From Camelus dromedarius (lineage: Eukaryota), in assembly GCF_036321535.1 (NCBI RefSeq), contig NC_087447.1, positions 48,486,001-48,550,000 on the forward strand: 64,000 bases of DNA, read 5' to 3'. The position numbers were made by a program, and so were the translations under genes. The notes under the pieces are model-generated. The model saw nothing but the letters and a program-made list of their open reading frames with translations, was not told where the DNA came from and did not search any database. Below, in pieces: positions 27,208-41,105 of the stretch; within the stretch, counting starts at the first letter, position 1; every line of letters starts with the position of its first letter.

Positions 27208-27805
27208 CTGTTTTAAAATAAAGGAGAACTTCAGCAGTATATTATCCATTATGGTAACATTCCACTTTGTCAGAGACAGAAAGTGGGTTGGTTTATAGCA
27301 GTGTAGCTCAGACTTTGTAAATCGGTTTTTCATCTCCCAAATGAAATAAATAATAGGTGCTTTACCTACTGTTGTGTGGTTATGGCTAAAGTGAGATAAT
27401 GAAATAAAGAGCTCAGTGCTGAGCCTGACACAAAATAAATGCTTCATAATTATTTGAAATCAAAATCTATTTCTCTTACTCCATTCCATTTCATAAAACA
27501 CTGCCTTTTCCCTCTTTTCCTTCATGTATGTCTATCATGGCATCTGTATATGACTTAGGCATACTTATTTATCTGTATGTTGGCCTCTTTACTAGATTGT
27601 GAGCAGTCCCCAAAATTAGGAACTATGTCTTTTTAATTTCTATGGCCAGCCCATGGTATTGGACCAGGAACATAGTGGGTACTTCATACTTATTTGCTAA
27701 ATGAATGATTAACTTTAGTCTCTTATGCAACCACAAATGAAAGACAAATTATGAGTTGAGGGAGAGTTAGCTGACAGAATGATTGGTATTAGGTATGGTA
27801 ATTAC

Positions 27806-28017
27806 CTTGGAGTGGTTGATCTACTGCTGTTGGCTGCTAACTCTTTTCCATCAATTTTGGTGGTAGGCCTTGATGGAACCAAAAACTCAGTGTTGCTTGC
27901 TTCAGTATATTCTCTGAATCCCCGCTCAGATAAAAGCACATTTTCTGGCATGTCAGTGGTAGGAAGAGGACTGTAGCTGTCATAAGTTTCTGACAAAGGC
28001 TCCAGTGCAAGTGAGAC
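27806..28017 (-). CDS. C2CD3: C2CD3 exon 4 ([17 protein letters not shown]...SSRSTTPR), 212 nt
   Basis: TAG acceptor, donor AAG|GTAATT; matches ORF 27802..27996; phase 0 to 2. Confidence 0.95.
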
Positions 28018-30509
28018 CTAAAAGAGACATGTAATGTATCAGAAGCTTTTTTTAGCATTGATTAGCTAATTTTAAGACTCCCTGCTTAATATAAATTAAT
28101 GGCCCCTGTTCCTTATAGGATCAAGTTCAAATTCCTGCCTACCTCAGAAGCCCCATCCCTCACTGTGTTCCCCTCCTCCATCTCTCTCTCTCCTAGATGT
28201 AACAATTACTCAGCACTAAATGTACCTGGTATTTCATTCCCTTATGCCTTTATAAATGCAAATTTCCTCCAGCATTACTTCCTCTGTGAAAACTTCTTTG
28301 TGTCCAGGCAGAGATATTATGAACACTCCCTTCTTCATGTTTCTACTTACTCTGTATCTATCATCAATACAATCACAATTTATTAAACACTTTACAACAG
28401 GCCAGAAACTGTACCAAGTTCCTAACATAGAAAAGCTGATATGATGATATAACTGTCAGGAAAGTATATTATTCTAATTTGAATATTAAAAAAAAAGCAG
28501 AAGCTTAGAGGAGATATTTGCATTTTTATCATCCTGATTAGATTATGAATTCCTTGAATGCATGGGCTGTCTTATCCATTTTTCTGTAGACTAATCAGCA
28601 TAGTACACACTTACTGTACAAGTCAAGTATGCCCAATAATGCCTAATTGTTTGACATATAAAAGAATGACACTGCGTGTCCTGCATCCTTAATGCTAGTT
28701 ATTTGAGAAAAATAAGACCCCAGTTCTATGCTGGGGATGAGGCAGAGTGCAGAAAATTTAGATGAAAAGTAATCACTTGAAGTTTCCTTTATCATCTCAC
28801 TGCTGAGAGTTCAGGCTCCCTACTAAAAGGCTCTCCGTTCCTCTGAAAAGCCCAAAGGAGGAATAAAAAATAAAATAGAGCCAAAAGTAAAACTTTAGAG
28901 AAGAAACTGCAGAATGTATTCCAAAAAAAGAGTGTTGCTGAAAGTTCAGTTACAGTGGCAGAGAAAGCAGAAGGAATTGTTTAAGCAGCCAAAGAGAGTC
29001 ATATATGATGAATGGCCTAAGGCAAAAATGAAAGATTGCAGTTAAATGTTTTAAGAAGTCTCCAGGAAGGCCAATGGAATAATTTGTGTGGAGAAATTAC
29101 CAAGGCACAGACTCAATAAACACACTTGGGTCTTGAAGAGGAGAATTTTGTTCATGAACCAGGTAGCATAAAGTCCTTTAAATCTATTCATCATCAAGAT
29201 TTGCTACAAAGACAAATGACAGGAATGCAGTGGAATAAATATTTTGTATAGTGATCACTGTAAGAGCATCACATAAAATCCTGGTTGCCCAAATCTAAGC
29301 ATCAGAAAGTCTTCCCTCGCCATTCATCACTTGCCAAAAGATTGCCACTATATTCCAGAAACAAAGGAGACATTGAGAATAAAGGTTGTGTCCTGGCCTT
29401 AACAATGACCTGCTGGTTTCCCGGTTTTGCTTTTTCCCTAAGCAAGTTTGAATCAGTCACAAAACAACTCAAAGGCCTTTACTACCAGTGGCCCCTGAAG
29501 AAAAAGAAAATCCAGGTACCTGCCACACTCATTTTACAATCAAAACATAGGTGCTGGCCTAACTCCTCTGTTCAATTAACACATATTTGTTGATATTAAT
29601 TCAGTGCCAGGCCCTGGGCTACCTGCCTGAGGCAAAGACTATAAAACATGGACTCTGACCAGGTGATCACACTATCTTGTAGAGGAACTTAAAAAGAAAT
29701 AATTTTAATATAAAATGGTGAGTTCTGAGATAAGGATATGTATTGGGTGCTGTGAGAACACTAAAGAGGGGTTTGGGCTTGGCGCAGAGGTGAGGAAGGA
29801 GTGCCAGAGATGGTTTCCAGGAGTGAAAAATAAATATCTGAGTTCAGAATCTTAAATGTGAAAGCAGTAAGGTTGAGGGGTGTTGAGGGAAAACATTCCA
29901 GGCAGAGGGAAGAGCATGAGTCAAGCCTTGCAGGTATTAAACAGAATATTGTTCCAGCAATTCCTAAAAGAATTCCTAGAATTCTTAGTCCAAGGGATTT
30001 CCCCTCCTAACCCCTCTGCTTCCATACAATGTACCCAATATACTCCTGCATTCATCCCCCAGATCCTCATCCCTGTCCACTGCTGTCATGTTCCTCTCCA
30101 ATCACAGTTCACTCTTATGCTCACTCCTCTGCCAACCCCTTAATTGAGCCCTGGAGAATTTCTATTTTATACAAATTACTTTACCACTTTAACTGAACAT
30201 CTCTTTCTTAAAATGTCTCCATTTCCCCAAAGTTCTCTCCAGTGGAAACTATTTCTTTCATTAGTCAGGCTAAGAGAAGGTGACTTTTTCCTTCATAGAG
30301 CTATCTCCAGACCATCATTCTATCATCCAAATATATCACATCTTTTCTGAAGCCCATGCCATCCACAAATAACATGAATATACCATATGATTCTCACATC
30401 CATAATAGGACAACCTTAAGGAAACTCATCAGTCTTTTCTCAATGATTCAAGGGCTCTCTTCAGCACTAAGCTGCCCACAATTATCTACTACATCTGCAA
30501 CATCTATCA

Positions 30510-30810
30510 GTATTGGAGATGGCATATTAGTATGTCTATTTTTCAGACTTAGGCTGGTCAACACAGCATTTTAAAAGGTTTAGAAATTATTTAGCAATGC
30601 TTTAAAAAATTAGAGTTCATGTAAAAATCTGAATTTTGGGCTTCTCTTGAAAAATCAAAGATCCAGCAATGCTGGGTCCCCATTCCAATGTGATAAAAAA
30701 TTAGCTGGGGTAGACTAGCGGCTTTAGGCAGGATGTGTGCTCCAGTTTGCAAAGTCCCCATCATGTTCCAACATGAGGTGGAATGACAACTGCTATGCAT
30801 TATCACATGT
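30510..30810 (+). mobile_element. MER102-like hAT DNA transposon fragment
   Basis: ggcttctcttgaaaaatc..gatccagcaatgctggg..gtgctccagtttgc..agtcccca. Confidence 0.6.
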
Positions 30811-31747
30811 GATTTACTATCCAAAAAAATTTTTATTTCTTACAGTAAAATGGACATTTTTGTATGTATACACTTCTATGAATTTCAACCTATGTATAGA
30901 TACATGTAACCAGTTCCATAATCAAGATACAGAACACTTCCAACACTCAAAAAAGCCCCTGGTGCTATCCCTTTGTAGTCACACACTCTTCTCACCTTTA
31001 ACCTCTAGCAAAGCTGAATTTGATAAAATTCAATAACCCATTCATGACAAAATCTCTCAGAAAACGTGGACTTTCTCAATGATAAAGGGCATCTATAAAA
31101 AAAAAAAAAGACAAACCTGCATCTAATATCATATTTCACAATGAAAAGACAACTTTCCTCCTATGAACAAGAACAAGGCAAGGATATCTGCCCTGTTCCA
31201 TCCAAGGCAAATGGATGAAAACTGTATGATATCCATACAACGGAACACAACTCTGCAAAAGGGAAGTACTGATACACAAAATAATATGGAAGAATTTCTA
31301 AAACTGGCTTCTTTCAGTTATTATATTAATATATCTTAACGTGGGTGAGGAGCCAATGGGTATTTATTGTATGGTTATTTTTATATCTTATACACCTAAG
31401 ATATTCTTTTGCATATCTATCTGAATTTAATACAAAGAAAAAAGTTAATGAAATAAAATGTATAGTGCTTAATATGCGGAAGGCACATGTATAATAAATA
31501 CTGATAAAAAAGAGTTATCAGCATGAACACTTTCAATTTTGTCCATCTCAAAATGTTTCTCTTCTTTCCCTCCTTGTTATCCTCCATTCCAAACGTAACC
31601 CTTATCAGCTGTGTTCATAATAGAAATTCATTCCTGTCTAATTCTCTTCATGACCTTACTCGCTCAATTATCCTCTTTTATTTTCAATCTCTTCACTTGC
31701 TTTTCTCTTGGTATACAAAACAAATCTGGTCTCCTGTACTCTAAAAA

Positions 31748-31902
31748 AGGGTCAGCCAACTTATTCTGTAAAGGGGCAGAAACTAAGTATTTTGGGATAT
31801 ATTGCCTATTCTTCTTTTATAAATGACCCTTTAAAAATGTAAAAACCATTTTTAGTTGGAAGGTCAGATTTGGTCCACTGGGCAAAGTTTGCCAATCCCT
31901 GT
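31748..31902 (+). mobile_element. MER58-like hAT MITE
   Basis: agggtcagccaactt..tctgtaaagggg...agtttgccaatccctg. Confidence 0.7.
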
Positions 31903-32414
31903 TCTAAAACAGTATCAACAAACTTCTCAGTTCTGCTACCCACAATCAACAGTACCCTCTTCAAGTAAATTTGGCATGTCCCTGTCACACGCCTAAGTAC
32001 CATGTTAAGTGTTTCCACATTTTTCATCTCATTTAATCCCTGTAACAATGCTGTAAGGTAAAAGTTTTATTATTTTCATTTTACAAAATAGGATACTGAA
32101 GCTCAGAGAGTACAAGAGAACACCAGAATTGTTTTTATAACCAATTTCTCCATATCCAAGTCTGGTTCTATTTCCGTTAGATCACACTGCCTCTCTCCCT
32201 CTCTTCGCCACCGTTTATCTGGGAAACAGAAATCTCCAATTGTTAATTCCACTTCTTCACTGTAATTACTAATTTTTCACTTACTCCATAATCTTTCAAA
32301 ATTTGACCTCTGCCTCCAAAATTCTATCAAAACAGTTCTCCAACAAACCCAATGACATTTACATTAAAAAAAAAGTATTATATCAACTGACATTTAAATA
32401 TGAAGGAAAAAGTG

Positions 32415-33010
32415 ATGCAGCCAACTTAGAAAACAGTCCAGCAGGTCCTCAAAGTTAAACACAGTTACCATATGACCACAATTCTACTCCTAGGTATATA
32501 CCCAAGAGAATCGAAAACATCTGTTTACAAAACACTTGTATGCAAATGTTCATAGCAGCATTATTCGTAATAGTCAGGAAGTGGAAACAATCCAAATGTC
32601 CATCAACCGAAAAATGGATAAACAAGTGGTATATCCATAAAATGCAATGCTATTTAGCTACAATAAGGAATGAAGTATTGATTTATGCTACAACATGGAT
32701 GAACCTTGAAAACCTTATGCTAAGTGAAAGAAGACAGATATAAAAGGTCACATATTATATTACATCATTTATATGAAATGTCCAGAATAAGGCAAATATA
32801 TAGACAGAAAATAGAGATCAGTGGTTGCCAGGGGTTGGGGAAAGGTAAAAAAGAGAATGACTACTAATGGGTATGGTGTTTCTTCTGGGGGTGATAAAAT
32901 GCTCTAGAATTAAGACAGCAATGATGGTTGTACAATTTTGTGAATATGCCAAAATTCACTGAATTTAAAAGGGTGAATTTTATGGCATGTGAATTATATC
33001 CCATAACTAT
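32415..33010 (+). mobile_element. L1MB-like ORF2 end and 3'UTR
   Basis: ORF 32540..32743 MFIAALFVI..WKQSKCPS..WINKW is the L1 ORF2 C-terminus. Confidence 0.85.
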
Positions 33011-33847
33011 GTAATTTTACTTTGTATGGAAACAAAATATTCAACTAATAGGCTACAATTTTAATACTGTTGAATGAATTGTTTTCATTTTTTAAATATT
33101 AAAAGTGTATTGCCATAACAAGTCCTAAGCATATAACTTCCCTCTTTTTTCATGCTATTTCCTTAAGATAAGTTCTGAGTAGAATTACTGAGGTAAATGG
33201 TATTATAAATTTTACGGCTCTTGAAATATAATGTCAAACTGTTTTTGCAGGTCTGGTGCAAATTTATACCATTATCAGAAAAGTATCAGTAAACAAGTCT
33301 CATTTCACCATGAAGTTAGCTTTGTAAGGTGTCACTAAATTTTAAGTTAATATATTTTAAATAAAAATATGACAAATAGAATACAGAAAATGTTAAGTTT
33401 TTTCACTTAGTTAAATCTATTTCTGGACTTTATTCTCTTCCTTTGACATAATTATGTGCCTGTAGTTTTATAATAGGTTCTTACATCTGGTAATGTTACA
33501 TGTTCTTTCCTCATCTTTTTTGAACTGTTTTCTTATACACCTATTTAAATTTCCATACATATTTTAGAATACATTTGACAAGGTATAAAACTCATGACAT
33601 TTCTAAAGGATGTGACTACTCAGAATTCTCTAGGAGGAAACCCCAGAGTCTTCCTCAGAAAGGAACCCTTCTATGTTCTTTCCCACCATCCTGTAGGTAC
33701 CTATAGTGTACATACCACACTGTACTCTACTTGTTATTCTTTTCTATTTCCTCCTAACTGACTTTCAAAAATTAAATAAAAGGACTATCTCTTATTTCTG
33801 TATCCTAAGTTAGTGGCACATAACAGCATATTAAAAAAAGTAGGCTG

Positions 33848-34079
33848 GGGGGTGGGAAGGGACAGACTGGGGTTTCAAAATGTAGAATAGATAAACAAGA
33901 TTATACTGTATAGCACAGGGAAATATATACAAGATCTTGTGGTAGCTCACAGTGAAAAAAAATGTGTGACAATGAACATATGTATGTTCATGCATAACTG
34001 AAAAATTGTGCTCTAGATTGGAATTTGACATAACATTATAAAATGACTATTACTCAATAAAAAAAGGGTTAAAAAAAAA
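33848..34079 (+). mobile_element. 5'-truncated young L1 3' end
   Basis: TSD aaaaaaagtag(g/t)ctg at 33833-33847 and 34073-34087. Confidence 0.88.
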
Positions 34080-34570
34080 GTAGTCTGAACCAATGAGTGA
34101 ACATAAAAGATACCACTTACTTGAGTGAAACAAGCAATTATTGCTTGGCACTATGTTAGGACCTATGGGAAAAACAAAGAAAGCAGAAAACATTGTCCTG
34201 CCTCCCAGGGAATCTAGAAACTAAAAGGAAGGGAAAACAAAGGGAAACTACAAATACATAACTTTGTAGGATTATAACTGAACAATGATTATGTAATTAA
34301 TATTATTATGAATTTAATAAAGGGTACAGAGAAGAATGAGTGCAGTAGGAGCTGAGGACTCTTGGAACTTGAGAAGGGAAGCAAAGCACTAAAAGGATAT
34401 GGATAAGTGGGAAACAAGTACATTACAGTCTCTGGGTAAACTCATGAACAAAAACATGAAGTAGGAATTTGCATGGTATGTGGGAGTCACAAACCTACCC
34501 ATTCCACAAACAGACTCAAGTGTGCCCCAAAAGTTTTATTCTATGTAGTAAAGAATCACAAGATTTTTAC

Positions 34571-34728
34571 CTGGAGTTCTCCAAGTTTCTTAGATGTTGG
34601 TGAAACAATGGTAAAAAATCCACTGATGTAATGGGTTGGAGAAAGCTGGGCTAGTCCATTGATCTGAACTCTACCAATTGGAAGATGTTCAAGTTTGGTG
34701 ATTACTTCCAGCACCAGCACAGCCATGT
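34571..34728 (-). CDS. C2CD3: C2CD3 exon 3 ([29 protein letters not shown]...KKLGELQ), 158 nt
   Basis: TAG acceptor, donor CAG|GTAAAA; translated by hand, open, phase 1 to 0. Confidence 0.95.
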
Positions 34729-36733
34729 CTAATCAGAAACAATTACAACATAGGCACACATTTTTCATTTACTTTTACTTTGGAAGTGGGCAGAAAGATA
34801 CACATTATAAAACTTTTTTACTTAAAAAAATCATTTTATTTTCAAATAAACTATGCACTTACCATATCATTCAGAAGGTGGGAAAGAGTGAACCCAAGAT
34901 CAAAAGAACAAGAATGTTTTAGAGAAGAATATTGACAAATACCTTTCATGGAGAAAACAATTACATAAAAACATTTAGCATATCAGGTATTTGATAAGCA
35001 AAATACCTTTAAAAGACTCCCCACCCATATTTGGTAAGGACTCAGGCTTTGGTTTTTACAATATAAAAGCAACAATTTTCAGTTTTTTAATTCTCACCAT
35101 TTCTAGTTTTGAACTTGACAAAGGGCTTCTCCTGTATAGATGCATGGGTTGGTCCCTGCCTCCCAGGAGTATCTTATTGTTTACTCCTCAGTTAGATCTG
35201 GAGCACTGAAATGCTGAGAGCACTTAGAACTAAAAAGAATGGAAATAAACTCCTTAACTGCATTCTTCAATTAGCTGCTTAGACTTAACACCTTCATGGT
35301 CCTAATTTACAGCAGGAGAAATACAATGCGTGCATATGCAATCTGAGATTATTTCAGGACAGTGTAACTTCTGAATATTTTCTTACCAAAGTTGAGAAGA
35401 CGGTTCATTTTAACCATTTGTTCAATGCCACAGTAAAAAGAGCATTGGATTTATAATTAGGAGACCTGTGATTGTGTTGTGGCTCCAACATTCACAAGCT
35501 ACTTCCATGTAAGCCACAGTTGTCTATAAAATAGGCATCATCATGGCTGTGTGAGGACTGGAAGTATTGCATGTAAAACATGTAGCACAATACCCTCTCA
35601 CATGGTAGTTGCTTACTGGTTGTTATATGACTTTCAGCAAATTACTTAACACATCATAGCCCCTATCTTATCTATTCATGGAGTTATCTGGAAAATCTAT
35701 GAGCTAATAGATGTAAAAGTGTTTTGTGGACTATAAAATAATGTGCATATATAGAATAAGGAAGTATACCAACATTTGGTGGCTATTTACTAACAGCCAG
35801 GCTCGTCCATGTCTCATTAATTTTCTTAATAAATCTATGATACAGTTGTTTCTGTCCCCGTTTGAGGATAACCAACACTGGGGCTCAGAGAAGTCATCTG
35901 ACATGCCTAAGTTCACCCAGCTTTAAAGTGACAAATCTTGGCAAACATTCAGTTCTGCCCAACTGTAAAGTATACTACACCATGCTTCTTCATTATTTAC
36001 TACTTCTAGGGAGGAAAAACTTAATTCTTAACAGGCTTCTGACCTCTATCCTTCACTTTTGCTGGAATTAGGATCCCTATTGTTCAGCATTCTCTCCACC
36101 CCCATTGCTTTTCATATTCCTACTAACTGAATGCTCTCCAATAGAAGAGAGGCAAAAATAAAGTGATGAAACTCAGCGAAGTATCATCATTTTCTCAGTC
36201 TCTACTCTAACTGTCCCATGCTCCAAACACTTTCATGGCTGCTATTTCCTGTAGAGATAAAGGGTAAGGGAAGAAAGATGTAAGAGAGTATGAGGCATAC
36301 AGAATCCTGTATTTCCTAAGGCAGGATGCAAAGAGGAAACATTTATGGTCTTGGAGTCACCCTGAAATTAGGGTTAGTGTTAGGGTGACCCTAGGGTAAG
36401 TTAACTTTACCTGTGAAACTCAAATTCATCACTTAGAAAATGAGGATAACGCAAATGTACAGAGCCTCACAGAATGTAGTCTAGTACATCCCCATGGCTT
36501 CCTCCTATTCCTCCTACTGTATTTTTACTTTCCTTAAACAAAAAGTTTTAAAAGATTTAAAATGTAACGATTTTCTCATTAAAAACAAATCTTTCTGTAC
36601 TTAACATGTTTTTGTAACTGCCCTTTCGTTCAGAATAAGATGAAATAGATATAATGAAATGAATAAAACAAATCATCCTATCTACTTCACAAGGTTGTTT
36701 TAAACATCAAATAAAATAATGGACATCAAAGGA

Positions 36734-36826
36734 TTTTTTTTTTCCCCTTAATGGAGGCACTGGGGATTGAACCCAGGACCTGGCGTATGCCAAGCATGCC
36801 TCTTATCACTGAGCTATACCCTCTAC
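36734..36826 (-). mobile_element. tRNA-derived SINE (Vic-1 type), diverged
   Basis: Reverse complement reads agggtatagctcagtg...gtcctgggttcaatccccagtgcctccatt plus A-tail. Confidence 0.85.
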
Positions 36827-38330
36827 TCCTTGAAGTATTTTATCAATTGTAAAATGCTATATATTTTCACTTGTTCTAATATATTTTTTTTTTATCTGAG
36901 GAATTCATATAATCTGTTTTCCTACCTCCCTTTTTTCCAACCTGGAAAGATTTATGTTTTACACTATTCATGTTTTATGCTAGTATGACAACATACTGAC
37001 TAGTTTATGCATTTTATTTTCTTTTAAATGAACTGTGCAAACAAGAGTATATAAAAGAATAATAAAACAAATGCCTACCACATACCTTAAGAAATAATTA
37101 GGCTTTTCCCAAGTTTTCAGTTAGAGTATGCTCTTGTGTGAACTAATATTTGACCTCTTCTGTCTTCATTTTCTAATAAACATATGCTCATGTTCACAGG
37201 TGGCCATCACTTAACAAAGTTCACCTCATCTGTCTCCTATTCAAATCCTATCTTCTCCAAGGCTTCTTTCCTAATTAGAATCATGAAATTTGAGTTCTGG
37301 CCCATTTGATGGTTAACTCTTTAATTTATTAATGGGAAAATGACTTGCTCAAAGTAAAGCAGCAAGTGTGTGCAGAACAGAAGTAGGATTTACGTTTTAG
37401 ATTTACAGTACCCAGAGTACCTATGGGTATCCTTTAATAGCTCTTATCAGATACTTTCCACCTATTATTGTAGCTAAACTTCTCTGTGAATTGTTAGAAT
37501 TAGATACCACTCTGATTACATTTTTATTCATTTTTGTAATTACCACAGAGCCTAGCACAATGTCTAGTACATGCTAAGTGTTCAATATATAATTTTTGTA
37601 TGACTGAATTTTTTGCTCTTTATATTTTCAATGTCTTCAAAAATTTTCTTCTTGATAGAATGTAAACTTCTTAAGGACAGGTTAACCTTTAGTTCGCCTC
37701 TAGCTCTCCAGTATTCTTAATACAACAATGTTGACATGATAAATGCTTAATTTTTACAGGCTTGAACTGATCTGATTTTATAAGTAACCCCACCATCCAA
37801 AATGTGTTTAAAAGAAAGCTTGACTTGAATAGAGAAATAACACAGTACCTTTAGACTGCTTTCCCTGAACAGAAATGATCAAATCTTGCTTGGCTCCTGG
37901 TTCCCTATGGAGGAATCCTCCCATCTCTGAAAACCTGTATCACTAACTCATTAAACCATCCATTTGACATTTAGCATGTACTATTTTGTACTATTAGTAA
38001 GTTTTATATCTAAATCCTCTTTCCTTGAGCATGATGTATGTCCCAGAGCACAGACTACAGTTATTACTTAAAGACACATGGTGTGCTAACAAGCGCATGA
38101 GTTTTGGTGTCAGACAGAAGTGGGTTCAAATCCTAGTTTTGCCATTTATCACCTATGTAACTTTAAAGAGTATTCACTTCATCTCTCTGAATCACAGTTT
38201 CATTATCTATAAGAAAAGAGAAAATACCTATCTCGAGGCTTATGAAGAATAAGGAACAGGTACCAACTGCTAGTGCACAGTATATTCTCAATGGCAGCTA
38301 TTATAAAACCTCTTTGACTCCTCTGGGTTA

Positions 38331-38756
<426 letters not shown>

Positions 38757-40504
38757 TTAATTTCTACAGAGAAAAAGCTTATTCTATTCATCCTAACACA
38801 TGAGAAGTAACCAGAAAACCAGATCATAGACTAACCTACCTGGTCACTTAAGCCACTCTGACAATTAGTATTTAGGGTTTGACTTAGGTTATTGTAAGTA
38901 AAGAACATACCAAGTTAAGACATGCTGACACAAACTCCTTTTTAATTGAAAGATACCAAACGAAAAATAACAATGATACAGTATATAGGTTTCAAAAAAA
39001 TCTCTGAAGTAGTTGAATCCTCCAAGTACTGTTGTTTTCATAATTGCAATGTCCAGTTTTTAAGATGTTATTTTCATCTAATTCTCTTATTTTAAAACCA
39101 TCACTCAACATAAAACTCCTTTCACTTAATTCTCCAGTGATTAAGCCTACACCACACACCTCAGCATTTCAATAAAGACCACCTGTGTGTTTTGTTCCTG
39201 CCAACATCATCCAGTCAATGAGGATAGAACGATTATCTTCAGATTGTCACTTTTTTTAGCACACTTCTGGGTTCATATTTACTGGCTTTAGATTTTAGAC
39301 AGATAGTAAAATGTAAATGAGGCAATTAATCATGACTTTCTATAAAGCTTTCCTTAATGACCTTGATTGCCTTCCATTCACAGTAACTTCTAACCATGAC
39401 TTAGAGATTTAAGAACTCATTCCTGTATTTCACATAGCTTTCAATTCCTCTTACTTTTTGCCAGAGGAGTGGTCATGACTTACAAGAAGAAAATACACTG
39501 GAGTCTATCTATATAACTAATTCTTTGGATTTCTAAAGCAAACACCCTCTCTGCTTTTTATAGTGAAGAAAAGACCTATCATAATCTTTATGGATCACTA
39601 GTTTCAACATAAAAATTATACACAAGTGTGTATGTGACCATTACTGTATATGCAAATAGTACAGTGAGAAGGATATTCTTATGTTATTTCTATTTTGATT
39701 TTTCTCCTATCAACCAAATATGCTTGACTAATGCAACACAGGGAGCACCAGCACTGAACACTTTCATGCTTCTGTTTTATATCCTCCCATTATTCCTGGA
39801 AGGAAAGGCATTGCCCCATAACTGCCTCAGTTATCTTTAAGCAGTTTGGATATGACTCATTCCCAGACTGTAGCTTTAGTCTTCAATCCAATGGCCTAAT
39901 GCACTATCACCATTCCTAATACCTCTTTGCCTATGATATGAAGCAGCAGTCAGCTAGTTTTCTGTTTTGTTTGAAGCAGCCCTGTAGAGATTCAATTTCA
40001 TTTCCTGATCTGCCCTGGGTTCCCAGGGTGACTGTTCTTGCAGCTAACATTTCCTTACTCTCTTGGTGAGCTTGCTTCTCCTTGAGCATGCTAACCTGAT
40101 AAGGTCCTCCTGCTACACACGCTTTCATTACCTCAAATTCTTCAGAGATCTTCATGCCCATGCCCTTACCAACCACCTTCCTCCCCACTCCAACCCTACC
40201 ACACTGTCACTCCCCAGTCTTTCCTCCTCTCTCCTCCACAACTACCTTTTCCCAGCTCCCACCTGTAGCTCTTCATGCTTCATGACTGTCTCAAGCTTCA
40301 GTTACTCAATTAACATTTAGAGTCCTGCTTTCCGCTAGTTCTCGGGGATTTAGTAATGTATAAAACGTGATCCTTGCTGATTAGGATTACTGACATATTC
40401 TCCTCTCCGATTTATCTTCCAGTCCCATGTAGACCTATAAAGCTATACCTACCTCCCCGACCCCTGCCCCCGCCCATACGTCTAACTCTATTATAAACAC
40501 TAAG

Positions 40505-40750
40505 TCATGGGAATTTAATGTACAGCACGGTGACTATAGTTAATGATAGTGTATTGTACATTTGAAAGTTGCTAAAGAGGAAATTTTAAAAGTTCTCTCC
40601 ACAAAGAAAAAAAGTGTAATTACGCATGGTGATGGATACTAACTAGTCACTGTGGTAATAATGTCGCAATACATACAAATACCCAATCATTATGTGGTAC
40701 ACCTGAAACTAATATAATAAATCAATTATATCTGAAATTTTTTAAGTAAA
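40505..40750 (+). mobile_element. L1 3' terminus (L1MA-type)
   Basis: taatgtacagcacggtgactatagttaat..tgaaagttgctaa..gtacacctgaaactaatata. Confidence 0.75.
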
Positions 40751-41050
40751 AAGCAAAACAAAACACTCCTACAATTCTTTGTTCCCTTTCTCTAGAAGCG
40801 TCCATTTTTAGCCCTCACCTCGCCCCATTTATTCACCCATTTTGCCCCCTACTCCAGCCCCTATTTCCTTTCCATTCGCAGGAGGGACAACTGCTGTCTC
40901 TTTTAACCTTCTAATTCCTTGGTTACTCCCTCCTCCATCCCCCTCCATTTTTTAAACAGGCGGTGTGGGGGTCTCCCTAGGACGCCTTGCACCCTGCTCC
41001 CCTAACTCCGCCCTACTACGCTTTCCTCAACGTTTGGTCGCTCAGGTTAC

Positions 41051-41105
41051 CTCTCTTCTTCCGGCTACGGCCGCCTCCAGGCCCCTGGGCTTTCCGTTGT
41101 TTCAT
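41051..41105 (-). CDS. C2CD3: C2CD3 coding exon 1 (MKQRKAQGPGGGRSRKKR+G), 55 nt
   Basis: ATG at 41105-41103 (context gtcATGa); donor AG|GTAACC; peptide matches the recalled mammalian C2CD3 N-terminus; phase 1 joins exon 2. Confidence 0.95.

Noticed and set aside
29285..29593. 102-aa ORF antisense to C2CD3 intron 3
   Set aside because: Non-ATG start, no recognisable domain, no splice or poly(A) support
18480..34079. Three near-identical segments (18480, 19058, 33967) suggesting local duplication or an array
   Set aside because: Each has its own TSD and A-tail, so they are independent L1 3' end insertions
37849..37935. Possible cryptic C2CD3 exon in intron 2
   Set aside because: Poor pyrimidine tract and weak donor (AAG|GTACTG); no other support
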